64,000 nucleotides of DNA from a virus (IMGVR_UViG_3300020576_004226:21322-85321), one strand, 5' to 3'. Shown: positions 46,771 to 56,379, numbered from the stretch's first letter. Numbers and translations are program-made. Notes: generated by a model from the letters alone, not told the origin.

Positions 46771-46782
46771 CAAAGTTATCAA
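46771..46782 (+). promoter_or_regulatory. Example of the recurrent CA(A)RGTTWT upstream motif (candidate phage promoter)
   Basis: CAAAGTTATCAA 28 nt before the ATG; similar motifs at 8428, 16090, 26902, 56401 and 58938 lie 28-32 nt before ATGs. Confidence 0.4.
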
Positions 46783-46798
46783 TATCAAAATAAACGTC

Positions 46799-48838
46799 AT
46801 GTTTGAATTAGAAAAAGCATACGACACGCTGGCACTTGTTGCTGCCAATACGCAAAAGATTGCCAACACGGATATCCAGAAAGCCGAGGCGCAACTACAT
46901 GCTGTCAAGCGACTTGTTCGCCCTACTGATGGCACGAAGCCTTATTACCGCACTTATTGGGTTGCAGACTACAATCAGGCAGGAGAGGCTCGCCACGCCA
47001 TTCATTCCATTGACAAAGTGAGAAAGGAGCTGGAAGAAAAGAAGGCGGCAATGGAAAAAAGACCCGACGATGATTGGTTCAAAAGACAACATGGCGAAAC
47101 TAAGGCGACTCACGACAGACTTACCGCTCGTATTGCTTCTTTGGAGGCTCCAGGAGGAGCGGTGAAGATTGAAGACAAAATACCAACCAAAAAGCCGGGT
47201 GTCGCTGGCTTCCAAGTGAAGGAAGAGCGCATCAAGCAAATTGATGCCGAGGTGTCTGAAGTCGCAGAGCAGTGGAAGGAATGGGACAAAAATGGTCCAG
47301 ACAAAATCCGCAAGCAAACCGTAGCCGACTACAAACAGGCTTGGAAAGATACAGGCTTGGATATCGATGACAACAGCAGACACTTCAGTCTGTCTGTGAA
47401 AGATTCTGAAGGGAAGGAGCTGATGACTATTGGGCATGATATGTCCTGGGGTGGCCGGGAAAAACGCAAGCCAGAGTTTGAAATGAGGATGAGACATTCT
47501 TCTTTCAAGACGAGCGACCCAGCTGATTTCAGCAAGTTCGCAGAGTTGACCGAGGCGATGGCAAAGGTGAAGTCTGTTACGGAGAATCCAAAAATGATGG
47601 AAAGGCTCGGCAAATTGCGTTCTGATTACGAGGACGCTGATATGCAAGGAAATTACACCAATGAATTCTCCGACAAGATTGAGAATTTGAAGAAAGAACG
47701 CAGGACGCTTGAAGAGCAAGCCAAAGCCGAGAAGATGGTTGAAGCCTTGCGCGAGATTGGCTCCGATTCGTTCGAGATGAAAGACCCATACAGATTCGGC
47801 GAAGGCCGTAGGAGTTCATCTTACCGATACGCAAAAATCACAAAGCAAACACCAAAACAGGTTGTTGTTGCTTTCTCAGATTCGGCGGCTGAAGGTTCGT
47901 TTTACCAGACAAAAACTTTCCCGACTGAACAATTCGAAAAGTTCGCCAAAGAGCATATTGATCTTGACGCGCACCTCCCTGATTACACCGGAGAAGTCAA
48001 GGGTACAGCGGTTGAAACAGCCGAGCATAAAGACACCGCAAAGAAATTGGGAGTCAAACCTGCAAAGTTGGGTAATATGATCAACGAAGATCACAAGAAG
48101 GAAGTCGCTGGCAAGGCTGGTTCCATTGCTGACAATAAAGCAAACAAACCTGAACCAAAGACGACCACTTCGATAGCTCAGGCTGCTTACCAGAAGAAAA
48201 AAGAAGCTGAATCAACCGCTCCTGAAAAACATACAATGGATACAGAAAACAACAAAAAGGTTGTTGGATTTGATAAGTATGTTCACCCAACATACGGAGA
48301 GTACAACAAGGGCGACCAAGTTGTATTCGAGCACAAGGGTGAAATGAAGGGAGGAAAAGTCATTCGAGTTAATGTTTACCAGCGTTTCCCAAATCCATAC
48401 GTTGTAATGGAGGGTTCTGACGGCAAGAGATATGAGTTGGTCATCAGCAAAGTGAATGTGTATAAGGATGGAGAAGCGGGAAAAGTAGCGCAGACCAAGG
48501 GAGGCATAAAATTTGAGGGTGTTCTTTCACCCTTGGTCTGGGAAAAAGTGAAGAAAGAAATTGAAGTAGGTTTTGGAAGTTTGGATGATTTAGATGAGCA
48601 CCCTGATGAAATAACTCCAAAGGAATTTAACAATGGTTTTTGTCAGTATTTCGCGCAGGCTTTGAATAAGATTGATTCAAGTTTCGTCATAAAGAGAGGC
48701 TCTGACTTTAAAGAAGCGGAAAGGCTTACGAGGAACTACCACGAGTTTGTTACAAAGGATGGGAAGTTTTACGATGCTGAGTCACCCGAAGGAGTCAACA
48801 AAGTGACAGACTTGAAGTTCTACAAAAGATTCCAATAA
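46799..48838 (+). CDS. Multidomain putative ejected/cargo protein with C-terminal papain-like Cys-His-Asp domain
   Basis: LEKA and IQKA sites, basic hairpin, coiled coils, SH3-like segment, and C-terminal NGFCQYFA...YHEFV...FYDAE. Confidence 0.55.
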   Translation: MFELEKAYDTLALVAANTQKIANTDIQKAEAQLHAVKRLVRPTDGTKPYYRTYWVADYNQAGEARHAIHSIDKVRKELEEKKAAMEKRPDDDWFKRQHGETKATHDRLTARIASLEAPGGAVKIEDKIPTKKPGVAGFQVKEERIKQIDAEVSEVAEQWKEWDKNGPDKIRKQTVADYKQAWKDTGLDIDDNSRHFSLSVKDSEGKELMTIGHDMSWGGREKRKPEFEMRMRHSSFKTSDPADFSKFAELTEAMAKVKSVTENPKMMERLGKLRSDYEDADMQGNYTNEFSDKIENLKKERRTLEEQAKAEKMVEALREIGSDSFEMKDPYRFGEGRRSSSYRYAKITKQTPKQVVVAFSDSAAEGSFYQTKTFPTEQFEKFAKEHIDLDAHLPDYTGEVKGTAVETAEHKDTAKKLGVKPAKLGNMINEDHKKEVAGKAGSIADNKANKPEPKTTTSIAQAAYQKKKEAESTAPEKHTMDTENNKKVVGFDKYVHPTYGEYNKGDQVVFEHKGEMKGGKVIRVNVYQRFPNPYVVMEGSDGKRYELVISKVNVYKDGEAGKVAQTKGGIKFEGVLSPLVWEKVKKEIEVGFGSLDDLDEHPDEITPKEFNNGFCQYFAQALNKIDSSFVIKRGSDFKEAERLTRNYHEFVTKDGKFYDAESPEGVNKVTDLKFYKRFQ

Positions 48839-48869
48839 GATAGATTGTTTTCATTTGGTTTTTGGGTTT

Positions 48870-48905
48870 AGGCTGAGGTTGCGCAAGCAGCCTTGGCCTT
48901 TTTTG
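48870..48905 (+). terminator. Intrinsic terminator
   Basis: AGGCTGAGGTTGC-GCAA-GCAGCCTTGGCCT followed by a T-run. Confidence 0.8.
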
Positions 48906-48934
48906 TTTGCTGAAATCAGATATCAAATGGACCA

Positions 48935-49333
48935 ATGGATGTCATAGAAGAAAAAATAAAAGGCTCTGCAGGCTTGTCGAGAATTGAGATGCCGCAGATT
49001 GATTACGACGACTTGCAGCGCACAATCGCCGCTTTGTTGTCAAAAGGTGTATTCATAAAAGTAAGACGTTACCCGGCTTCCAAACTCAAATTCGCTCAAA
49101 ATGATATTGACAACGCCAAGGTTCAAGGAAAAGTTGACTCCAAATCCAAACAATTCAAAGAAAGGATTTACTTTGTCTCTCGAGGCTTATTTGTCGCTGA
49201 CGGTCACCATGACCTGGCGCAAGGGCTGAAAGTTGCACCTCGCACAAAATTAACATGTCTCGTTTGCAACGTATCCATATACGAACTCGTTGACATTCTA
49301 AACTCATTTAAGTTTACCACCAATGAAGAATAA
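48935..49333 (+). CDS. ParB/Srx-like domain protein
   Basis: MPQID...LKFAQ..ID..KV...FVSRGLFVADGHH (canonical form DGHHR). Confidence 0.6.
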   Translation: MDVIEEKIKGSAGLSRIEMPQIDYDDLQRTIAALLSKGVFIKVRRYPASKLKFAQNDIDNAKVQGKVDSKSKQFKERIYFVSRGLFVADGHHDLAQGLKVAPRTKLTCLVCNVSIYELVDILNSFKFTTNEE

Positions 49334-51236
49334 TTTTGGATTCTTTATGCCAGCCGAAATTGTCAAGTCTAAGGACAAAGACGGCGTGGAAAAAATGCAA
49401 ATTGCCGGCATTGCCTCAACAACCGACGAGGACACCGACGAGGAGATTCTGCTGCCCAAGGGCTTTGATCTTTCGTACTTCACCGAGAGCGGTTTTGTCA
49501 ACTGGCACCATCGCCAAAAAGACAAGCCTTCCGCTATCATCGGAGAACCTTCGGCAGCCAAAGTCATTGACGGAGGTAAGAAAATGCACGTTGTTTGCGA
49601 CCTTTACGACACTCCACTGGCACAAGAAGTTTTTGCGCTTGGTAAGGTGCTCGAGTCTCAAAGCACTTCCGGTCGGCGGCTCGGCTTCTCCATTGAGGGA
49701 AAGGTTTTGGAACGCGACAAAAACAACCCGCGCATTGTTACCAAGGCTGCCATAACCGGGTGCGCAATCACTTATCAGCCAAAAAACAAAGCAACAATTG
49801 CCGAAATTGTGAAGGCTGATGGAAGCACGCCGGATGTTGACCTTACACCTGATATGGATGGTCTGCTTGAAGACCTGAAATTGATGAAGGCAGCTGGCGC
49901 CTCGAGTAAAGAGATTCTGAAGGCTTGCTCCAGCGATTTGGACGCTCAAAGTTTTGAAGGAGAAATCAAAAAAGTTGAAGGCGACGAGGATGAAGAGAAA
50001 GAAGGAGCTGATGAAGTTGAGAAGGCAATTGGAGGCAAATACACATCCAAATACATAAAAAATGGTAAATGGGTTTACGTGTATGAGCATCCCAAAAGAG
50101 AACAAAAATTGCGTGAGATTGACGCTGAAATCAGATTCCACAAAAGACAGCGTGCTACAGCGGAAAGCGACCAAGAAAATGATCAAGATGTGATTGACAA
50201 CAAGGAAGATGGCAATCACCCTTCTGTAGCGCACCACGGCAAAATTCTTGCTAAGATTGATAAGAAAATCGCATCGCTCCACAAGCGCAAAACAAAGTAC
50301 GCTGACAAACATGTTGAGGGTGAATTTGTGCCAAAACAGCTCTTTGATGCTTGGCAACAATTGGGAGGTAAGATTGAGAAGACGCTTGATGCTGGCTCCG
50401 CATCTGGCCAGGCTATCGCTCCTTCTTCTGTAGATGACAAACTAAAAGACAACCGACCCGGCTTTCTTTCAAAAGCAAGCATAGAGGGATTCTTGATTAT
50501 GTCAGGTATTGAAGTCCCAACTGATGACTTTATCAATTTTGTACTCAAAGTAAAAAATCACGACGCAATGGCAAATCTTAATTCAAACGCCGATACCATC
50601 ACCAAAGCCGACATGGATGCTGCTTTGGGTCTGCTTGAAAAGGCAAAGGCATACAAGGCTGACCAGCCTGATGAACTCGACCCTGAAGAGGACGACGATG
50701 AAAAGGAAAAGGAAGGTGATGGCGACAATGATGGCGATGAAGTTGAAAAAGGCTTCAACGACGAACTTGGCTCCGCTACCATCCCCAACATGACCATCGA
50801 AAAGGCAGTGCGTGAGTTGGCAACCAACTACTCCGCTGGTTTTGGCGCTGTAGAAACTCTCCTGAAGGGCTTCCAAAGCGAATTGGAAAAAAGCCGGGAA
50901 GAGACCGCTCTGCTCCGCAACAAATTGGAAGAGTTTGAAAGTGCTCCGGCAGTTGGCCGCAAGGCGCTCACTCGCCTCTCCCCTGCTCAACCAATTGAAA
51001 AGGCTTTTGACCTGGCTGATGCTGATAACGGCATTTCCAAAGCAGGCAACGTCAAACAGCTCTCCGTTTCTCGTCAGAAGGCTGCTATCTGTACCGAACT
51101 TGAAAAATTGGCGTTCCCAGCAAATGGCTTCAATGAGCCAATGGCAAAGGCTATGACCACGTTCGAAAGCAGCAGCCAACTTGACCCTACTGCAGTTGAG
51201 CAACTGCGCAAACAAGGCTTCGAAATCATTGCTTAA
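49323..51236 (+). CDS. Prohead protease fused to an insertion domain and C-terminal scaffold
   Basis: IAGIAST..EDTDEE, VNWHH, IIGEP, LGFSIEG and CAITYQPKN (HK97-type S78-like protease); acidic linker; many xxKA sites. Confidence 0.85.
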   Translation: MKNNFGFFMPAEIVKSKDKDGVEKMQIAGIASTTDEDTDEEILLPKGFDLSYFTESGFVNWHHRQKDKPSAIIGEPSAAKVIDGGKKMHVVCDLYDTPLAQEVFALGKVLESQSTSGRRLGFSIEGKVLERDKNNPRIVTKAAITGCAITYQPKNKATIAEIVKADGSTPDVDLTPDMDGLLEDLKLMKAAGASSKEILKACSSDLDAQSFEGEIKKVEGDEDEEKEGADEVEKAIGGKYTSKYIKNGKWVYVYEHPKREQKLREIDAEIRFHKRQRATAESDQENDQDVIDNKEDGNHPSVAHHGKILAKIDKKIASLHKRKTKYADKHVEGEFVPKQLFDAWQQLGGKIEKTLDAGSASGQAIAPSSVDDKLKDNRPGFLSKASIEGFLIMSGIEVPTDDFINFVLKVKNHDAMANLNSNADTITKADMDAALGLLEKAKAYKADQPDELDPEEDDDEKEKEGDGDNDGDEVEKGFNDELGSATIPNMTIEKAVRELATNYSAGFGAVETLLKGFQSELEKSREETALLRNKLEEFESAPAVGRKALTRLSPAQPIEKAFDLADADNGISKAGNVKQLSVSRQKAAICTELEKLAFPANGFNEPMAKAMTTFESSSQLDPTAVEQLRKQGFEIIA

Positions 51237-51305
51237 TAGGCTGTTTCACAGCGAATCGTAATCAAGACCGTCCACACTATCACACCATTTTAACGCACTG
51301 TTATC

Positions 51306-52811
51306 ATGAATCCAACATTGAATCTCGCAGACTATGCGATGAGTGCGGCTGAAAATGAGGTATTCCACGGTGGTACATCTCAGGATGAACTCGGACAATT
51401 GTCCAAAGCCTTGGAAGGAGGTCTCATTACTGGCCGCGAAACGACCAACTCTACCACTGCGAGCGGTTCTCCGCTCAAAGTAGAATCCCTGGAGAAGACA
51501 CTGAAAGTTGTCACGTTCCAGGAGCAGCAAATCGCATCGTGGAAATTGTTCCCAAAAGACAAAGCCTTTAACACGGTTGAGGAATTCAACCAAGTGACAG
51601 GCTACGGCTCTGAAGAAAATTCTGCGTTCCTGATTGAAGGTGAATTGCCCGGCGAAGAAGACAGCACTTACGTGCGTCGTGCGCAATTGGTCAAATTCAT
51701 GGGTGTTACCCGTTCGGTATCACACGTGATGACGCTTGTCAACACCAACGTTGGCAACATCATTGACCAGTATGCACGCGAAGGCACTTTGAGCATCCTC
51801 CAGCGGCTTGACCGCTCCCTGTTCTTTGCCGACAGCCGACTTGACCCACAGGCTTTCAACGGTCTGTATGCACAGCACGAATCACACGACGGTATCAACT
51901 ACGTAAACGGCTCTTTGGCTGGTTACTTGGACAGCGAACTGGTAATTGACATGCGTGGCAACGTCCTGACACCCACTGCAGTTGAGCGTGCAATGGAGGC
52001 TATTTCTGAGAACTACGGTATTGGCACCCACTTGTTTGGTCCCAACAAAGTGTTTTCGAACTACGCCAACCAAATGCAGCAATTCCAACGCTACAACCTG
52101 AATGCTGACAACAACGGCTTGATGCCTGGCAACAACATTCCTGGCCAGGTGACCAACTTTGGCAATGTAGATTTTGTGCGCGACGTATTCCTTCGCCGTC
52201 CTCGTACGGTTGAAGTGGGTGTCAACTCGGGCGCAACTTCCGCTAAGGCTCCATTGTCTGTTACCGCTGGTGGTACTCCGTTGACGCTTGTTGCTTCCGA
52301 CGCATTGGGCAAATGGGCTGCCGCTGACGCTGGCTCCTACACCTGGGGTGTGCGCGCTGTGAATCGCTTTGGCAAGTCTGCGCTCGTTGTACTCGACAGC
52401 ACTCCGCTGGCTCTCGTGGCTGGTAAGGCTGCTGACTTGAACTTCACGGCTTCCGGCTCCGGCGAACCTGCTACCTACTTTGAGATTTACCGCTCCAAAA
52501 ACGGCTCGATCACTCAATTCGATTTTGCCTACAACGTAAACGCTTCCCAACTTGCCGCTGGGTATGACGGTGCTGCCGCTGGTTCCATCCGTGACCGCAA
52601 CCGCTTCATCCCTGCGACTGACCAAGCAATGCTTGTTGAGAACCGTCAAAACGTTATGACTTACAAACAGCTGGCTCCTCTGATGAAGATGGACTTGGCG
52701 GTTGTGTCTCCGGCTTACCGTTTCATGATCCTGCAGTACGGTACGGTTATGTTCTTTGCTCCGCGTAAAGGCGTTCGTTTCATCAACATCGGTGAAAACG
52801 TTCCTGCCTAA
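51306..52811 (+). CDS. Major capsid protein (Herelleviridae-like)
   Basis: LSKAL propeptide junction, ESLEKTLK, NTVEEFNQ, EGELP.EEDSTYVRR..VKFMG and FNGL; followed by a strong terminator. Confidence 0.9.
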   Translation: MNPTLNLADYAMSAAENEVFHGGTSQDELGQLSKALEGGLITGRETTNSTTASGSPLKVESLEKTLKVVTFQEQQIASWKLFPKDKAFNTVEEFNQVTGYGSEENSAFLIEGELPGEEDSTYVRRAQLVKFMGVTRSVSHVMTLVNTNVGNIIDQYAREGTLSILQRLDRSLFFADSRLDPQAFNGLYAQHESHDGINYVNGSLAGYLDSELVIDMRGNVLTPTAVERAMEAISENYGIGTHLFGPNKVFSNYANQMQQFQRYNLNADNNGLMPGNNIPGQVTNFGNVDFVRDVFLRRPRTVEVGVNSGATSAKAPLSVTAGGTPLTLVASDALGKWAAADAGSYTWGVRAVNRFGKSALVVLDSTPLALVAGKAADLNFTASGSGEPATYFEIYRSKNGSITQFDFAYNVNASQLAAGYDGAAAGSIRDRNRFIPATDQAMLVENRQNVMTYKQLAPLMKMDLAVVSPAYRFMILQYGTVMFFAPRKGVRFINIGENVPA

Positions 52812-52839
52812 TGCTGCGTAATTCAACGGCCAATTAGTG

Positions 52840-52880
52840 AAAAATGAGGCTGGGAGGGCAACTTCTCAGCCTCATTTTTT
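52840..52880 (+). terminator. Intrinsic terminator after the major capsid gene
   Basis: AAAAATGAGGCTGGGAG-GGCAA-CTTCTCAGCCTCATTTTTT. Confidence 0.85.
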
Positions 52881-52923
52881 GTATCACAGTTAAGATGTAT
52901 TTATTGTAAACTGAATTAACAAC

Positions 52924-53295
52924 ATGAGCAAAAAAGTCAAATTTCGTTTCGCGCTCCCACAACGCGCCACAACCCTGAACACAGGAACAGAAGTCGTCAA
53001 GATTGAGGACAACTGTGCTTGGCTTTCTCAGGTAGACGCCCAGGTCTTTCTTGAAAACAAACTCGGCAAGATTGAAGAAGGCGAATTGGAGGTTGTAGAT
53101 GGAGCAGGTGATCCACAAGGCGATGAAGGCGCAGCAGACAACAAGGAAATGCTCAAAGCACTTTTGAAAAAGAGCGTTGATGAACTTCAAGCGTTGGCTG
53201 TTGAATCAGAATTACCCGAGGAAGAATGGAAGGGCTTGACTAAGCCGAACTTGGTCAACTACCTCATTGAAAAAGCGTTCAACAAACCCGAGTAA
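52924..53295 (+). CDS. Hypothetical protein with C-terminal Rho-N/HeH-like helix pair
   Basis: KSVDELQALA...LTKPNLVNYL; post-capsid position. Confidence 0.5.
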   Translation: MSKKVKFRFALPQRATTLNTGTEVVKIEDNCAWLSQVDAQVFLENKLGKIEEGELEVVDGAGDPQGDEGAADNKEMLKALLKKSVDELQALAVESELPEEEWKGLTKPNLVNYLIEKAFNKPE

Positions 53296-54086
53296 TGCCG
53301 ACACTCAATTTCACAACGAAATACAAAACAGGTGGTGGTCTGGTAATGTCAGTAGATGACTTACTTGGCCGCTACCTGTTCGGCATTCCTATGTGCACTC
53401 AAAATGGTGTACAGATGAATACCGATGACATAGCCTTGTTCATTGGCGCAGCACAGCAATGGATTGAGACAACATTGGAAATAAAACTCCAAAAGCAAAT
53501 ATATCACGAGCGTTGTGACTTCATCTATGACCAATGGAAGAGCTGGGGGTACATAAAGGCGACCTTGCCGATCAACAAAGTGCACAAGTTGGACGGCTTC
53601 CTCAACTCTGTTCAGCAAGTGACGTATCCAAACCAATGGGTATCAATTTACATGAACGAGAATGACCCTGAGCGTGCCATGCGAAATTTGTACATTGTTC
53701 CCAACGGCGCAGGCACTCCGCAGAATTACGGCTCGGTTCTGTACCTTGGAATCACCCCACACATGGGATTCTACAGCATGGACTTTGTTCCGAATTATTG
53801 GGACGTGGTTTACTGCACAGGATTCGACAAGATTCCCGAGAACATCATGAATTTGGTGGGTAAAATGGCTGCTCTGCAAGTCTTGAATATCGTGGGCGAC
53901 GTTCTGTATTCCCCTGGGATAGCGTCCTCGAGCCTGTCTTTCGATGGCCTAAGTCAAAGTATTTCGACAACGGCTTCCCAAGGCAACCTCTTCAAAGGAA
54001 GAATTGGGCAATATCAAACTGAAATCACAAACGAATTGAAGATGCTCCGTGAGTTCTACCGAGGCATCTCTTTCATGGCACTATAA
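53295..54086 (+). CDS. Head-tail adaptor / neck protein
   Basis: YLFGIP, VPNYWDVVYCTGF, IPENIMNLVGKMAA and GIASSSLSFDGLSQS; synteny. Confidence 0.7.
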   Translation: MPTLNFTTKYKTGGGLVMSVDDLLGRYLFGIPMCTQNGVQMNTDDIALFIGAAQQWIETTLEIKLQKQIYHERCDFIYDQWKSWGYIKATLPINKVHKLDGFLNSVQQVTYPNQWVSIYMNENDPERAMRNLYIVPNGAGTPQNYGSVLYLGITPHMGFYSMDFVPNYWDVVYCTGFDKIPENIMNLVGKMAALQVLNIVGDVLYSPGIASSSLSFDGLSQSISTTASQGNLFKGRIGQYQTEITNELKMLREFYRGISFMAL

Positions 54087-54087
54087 A

Positions 54088-54903
54088 ATGGCTGCGCACG
54101 ACAAACCCATACTCACAGAAACTCCGCTTGACTTGTCGAGCATGGCGGTCGCTCCTTACCTCAACGCTAAGGACTTCAAACAGTCTATTTCCAACCACGG
54201 ATATGACATCATGCTGGAGAAGGCTTTGTTCTGTCCTTGCAAAGATAAGGCGAACGGGCATGTTGATGTGGGTTGCAAAAATTGCGGCGCAACAGGCTGG
54301 ATATTCGTGAACAAAACCAAGACGAGGGCTTTGATAAGCCACATCAATCAGCAAACAAAATTCCTCAACTGGACAGAGGAGAATGTTGGAACAATCAATA
54401 TTTCCACCACAGCCGAGGACAAAGTCGGGTACATGGACAGAGTGACAATATTGGATGTGGAGACGGTGTTTTCTCAAATTGCCCATGTCAGAAAGTCGAG
54501 TAGCAACAAATTGTTCGCTTTTTTGGCTTATGAACCCGTGGAAATTGAGGCCATTTACTTGTTCGAGAATGCAAGTTCTCCGCTCATACCAGTCGCTGCG
54601 AATCAATATACCATACAGAATAACAAAATCATTCTTGATGATATTTTCTTGGCTGCTTTGGCTGGCGTGACCGACCCGCAACTACAATACCTAAACTTGA
54701 CGGTGCGTTACTATCACCTTCCGGTTTACCACATAATTGATATCAACCGAGAGGTGATGAAGAATCGCTCGAAAGACTGCGCAACCGGAGGCAAGACTTT
54801 GAAGGAGCTGCCAATTTCAAGTGTGGGCAAAAAGCCCCACACTATGTTTGAAACACCGAACTTTACTGGAGAAGGCTTGTTCGATAACACAATTTACCCA
54901 TGA
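54088..54903 (+). CDS. Neck / head-closure protein
   Basis: FCPC...CKNCGATGW motif; synteny with Herelleviridae-like neck genes. Confidence 0.6.
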   Translation: MAAHDKPILTETPLDLSSMAVAPYLNAKDFKQSISNHGYDIMLEKALFCPCKDKANGHVDVGCKNCGATGWIFVNKTKTRALISHINQQTKFLNWTEENVGTINISTTAEDKVGYMDRVTILDVETVFSQIAHVRKSSSNKLFAFLAYEPVEIEAIYLFENASSPLIPVAANQYTIQNNKIILDDIFLAALAGVTDPQLQYLNLTVRYYHLPVYHIIDINREVMKNRSKDCATGGKTLKELPISSVGKKPHTMFETPNFTGEGLFDNTIYP

Positions 54904-55694
54904 GATTCAGAGTTGATTTGAGTGACGTTATAGCCGAGTTCAATTTACAGGCGGCTGCTGCGGGTGCAATGACTCAACAAGTCGTTGACGACGTTACCAC
55001 AGCTGTGCTCATCAACTGGAGGGCTGCCGCTAAGAGGGAATTGAAGTCCACTCGCAATGAGTACATCCGCTCCATATACATGGGAGAGCAGAGCAAATTC
55101 AAGAATGTGTTGATATTGCGTGGAACGCTTCCCAACATGCTTGAATTCGGAGCGCAGCCATTCGACCTCAAAGATGGATTTGCCAGGTCTTCGAAGGCTA
55201 AGCACACAAAGGACGGCGGCTGGTATTTGACAATTCCTTTCCGTTGGTCTACACCCGGCTCAATCGGGGAAAATTCTGCGTTCTCGAGTGCTATGCCGCA
55301 GGACGTGCACCAACTTGCCCGGCAACTTAGACCGCGCACGAGCACCGTAGGTCGCTCAACTCCTGGCCAGTCATTGGCAGCTGGCAGTTTACCAGCGAGG
55401 CACCAAACTCGAGGCACGAGAGGCGCAGCGTCCAATGCACTCACCGGGCAAACCTTCCCGGCTTACCAGCATAAGAGTCCTCTGTTGGCAGGTTTGCAGC
55501 GTAACCAACAAACGTACGCAAGCGCAACCCAAAACTCATATTCGACCTTTCGCCGCGTCTCGAGCAAATCTGACCCAAACTCGTGGATTCATACTGGCAT
55601 ACAAGCCCATGACCTCGCAACCAAGGCGTTCCAAGCCACCGACTTTGATACCATTGTGAACAATTCTGTTGACCGCTTTTTATCCAGCCTTTGA
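54900..55694 (+). CDS. Neck / tail-completion protein
   Basis: PNMLEFGAQPFDLKDG, YLTIPFR and FRRVSSKSDPNSWIHTG; synteny. Confidence 0.6.
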   Translation: MRFRVDLSDVIAEFNLQAAAAGAMTQQVVDDVTTAVLINWRAAAKRELKSTRNEYIRSIYMGEQSKFKNVLILRGTLPNMLEFGAQPFDLKDGFARSSKAKHTKDGGWYLTIPFRWSTPGSIGENSAFSSAMPQDVHQLARQLRPRTSTVGRSTPGQSLAAGSLPARHQTRGTRGAASNALTGQTFPAYQHKSPLLAGLQRNQQTYASATQNSYSTFRRVSSKSDPNSWIHTGIQAHDLATKAFQATDFDTIVNNSVDRFLSSL

Positions 55695-55695
55695 T

Positions 55696-56379
55696 ATGAT
55701 AGTTTTGATTCCTGAATTGATTATCTATGACAACTTGATAAAGTTGTTTAATTTCATCAATATTGATTTCGCAGCGCACGGCAACGAGTCTGATACTTTG
55801 TTGTATCACATTTTCAAGACAGACATCAATTCGGCCAATTTGACGTTCAACAAGACTGATTATTACCAACAGGCCAAAACGATGTTCATATTGAGAAATA
55901 ACGATTCACCGAGGAAGTTGGAAGTCAATATGGGATTCAATATGGAGCGTGCGCATTTCCCCACAATCCATATAATGATGCCAACGGAGTCTCCTGGAAT
56001 GAGTCCAATAGGCACTAACCAAGGGTATGCCGCAGGGATTGGAGGAGACGTTGTTGGGGAGGAATATCAAGTGTTCACGGTTGGTTTTTCGGCGGCTTAC
56101 AGCCTTCTCATAACATCTGACAATTCATTGGAGGTTTTGTTGACTTACATACTTCTGAAAAGTGGCTTCATAGGGTTGAAGACCCAAATGGAACTTGACG
56201 GATTCCAAAACGTTACTTTCGGCGGTTCTGATATGATGTTCAATTCTGACTTGATGCCGCAGAACATATATTCAAGGAATTTTAATCTCAATTTTGGCTA
56301 TGACTTCTCAGGCCGCGATATATTCGCACTGGGCAGTGTAAATTCAATAACAACAGTCCCTTCGGTCAACTCCAATTGA
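55696..56379 (+). CDS. Putative tail terminator protein
   Basis: Position directly before the sheath; about 227 aa. Confidence 0.5.
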   Translation: MIVLIPELIIYDNLIKLFNFINIDFAAHGNESDTLLYHIFKTDINSANLTFNKTDYYQQAKTMFILRNNDSPRKLEVNMGFNMERAHFPTIHIMMPTESPGMSPIGTNQGYAAGIGGDVVGEEYQVFTVGFSAAYSLLITSDNSLEVLLTYILLKSGFIGLKTQMELDGFQNVTFGGSDMMFNSDLMPQNIYSRNFNLNFGYDFSGRDIFALGSVNSITTVPSVNSN

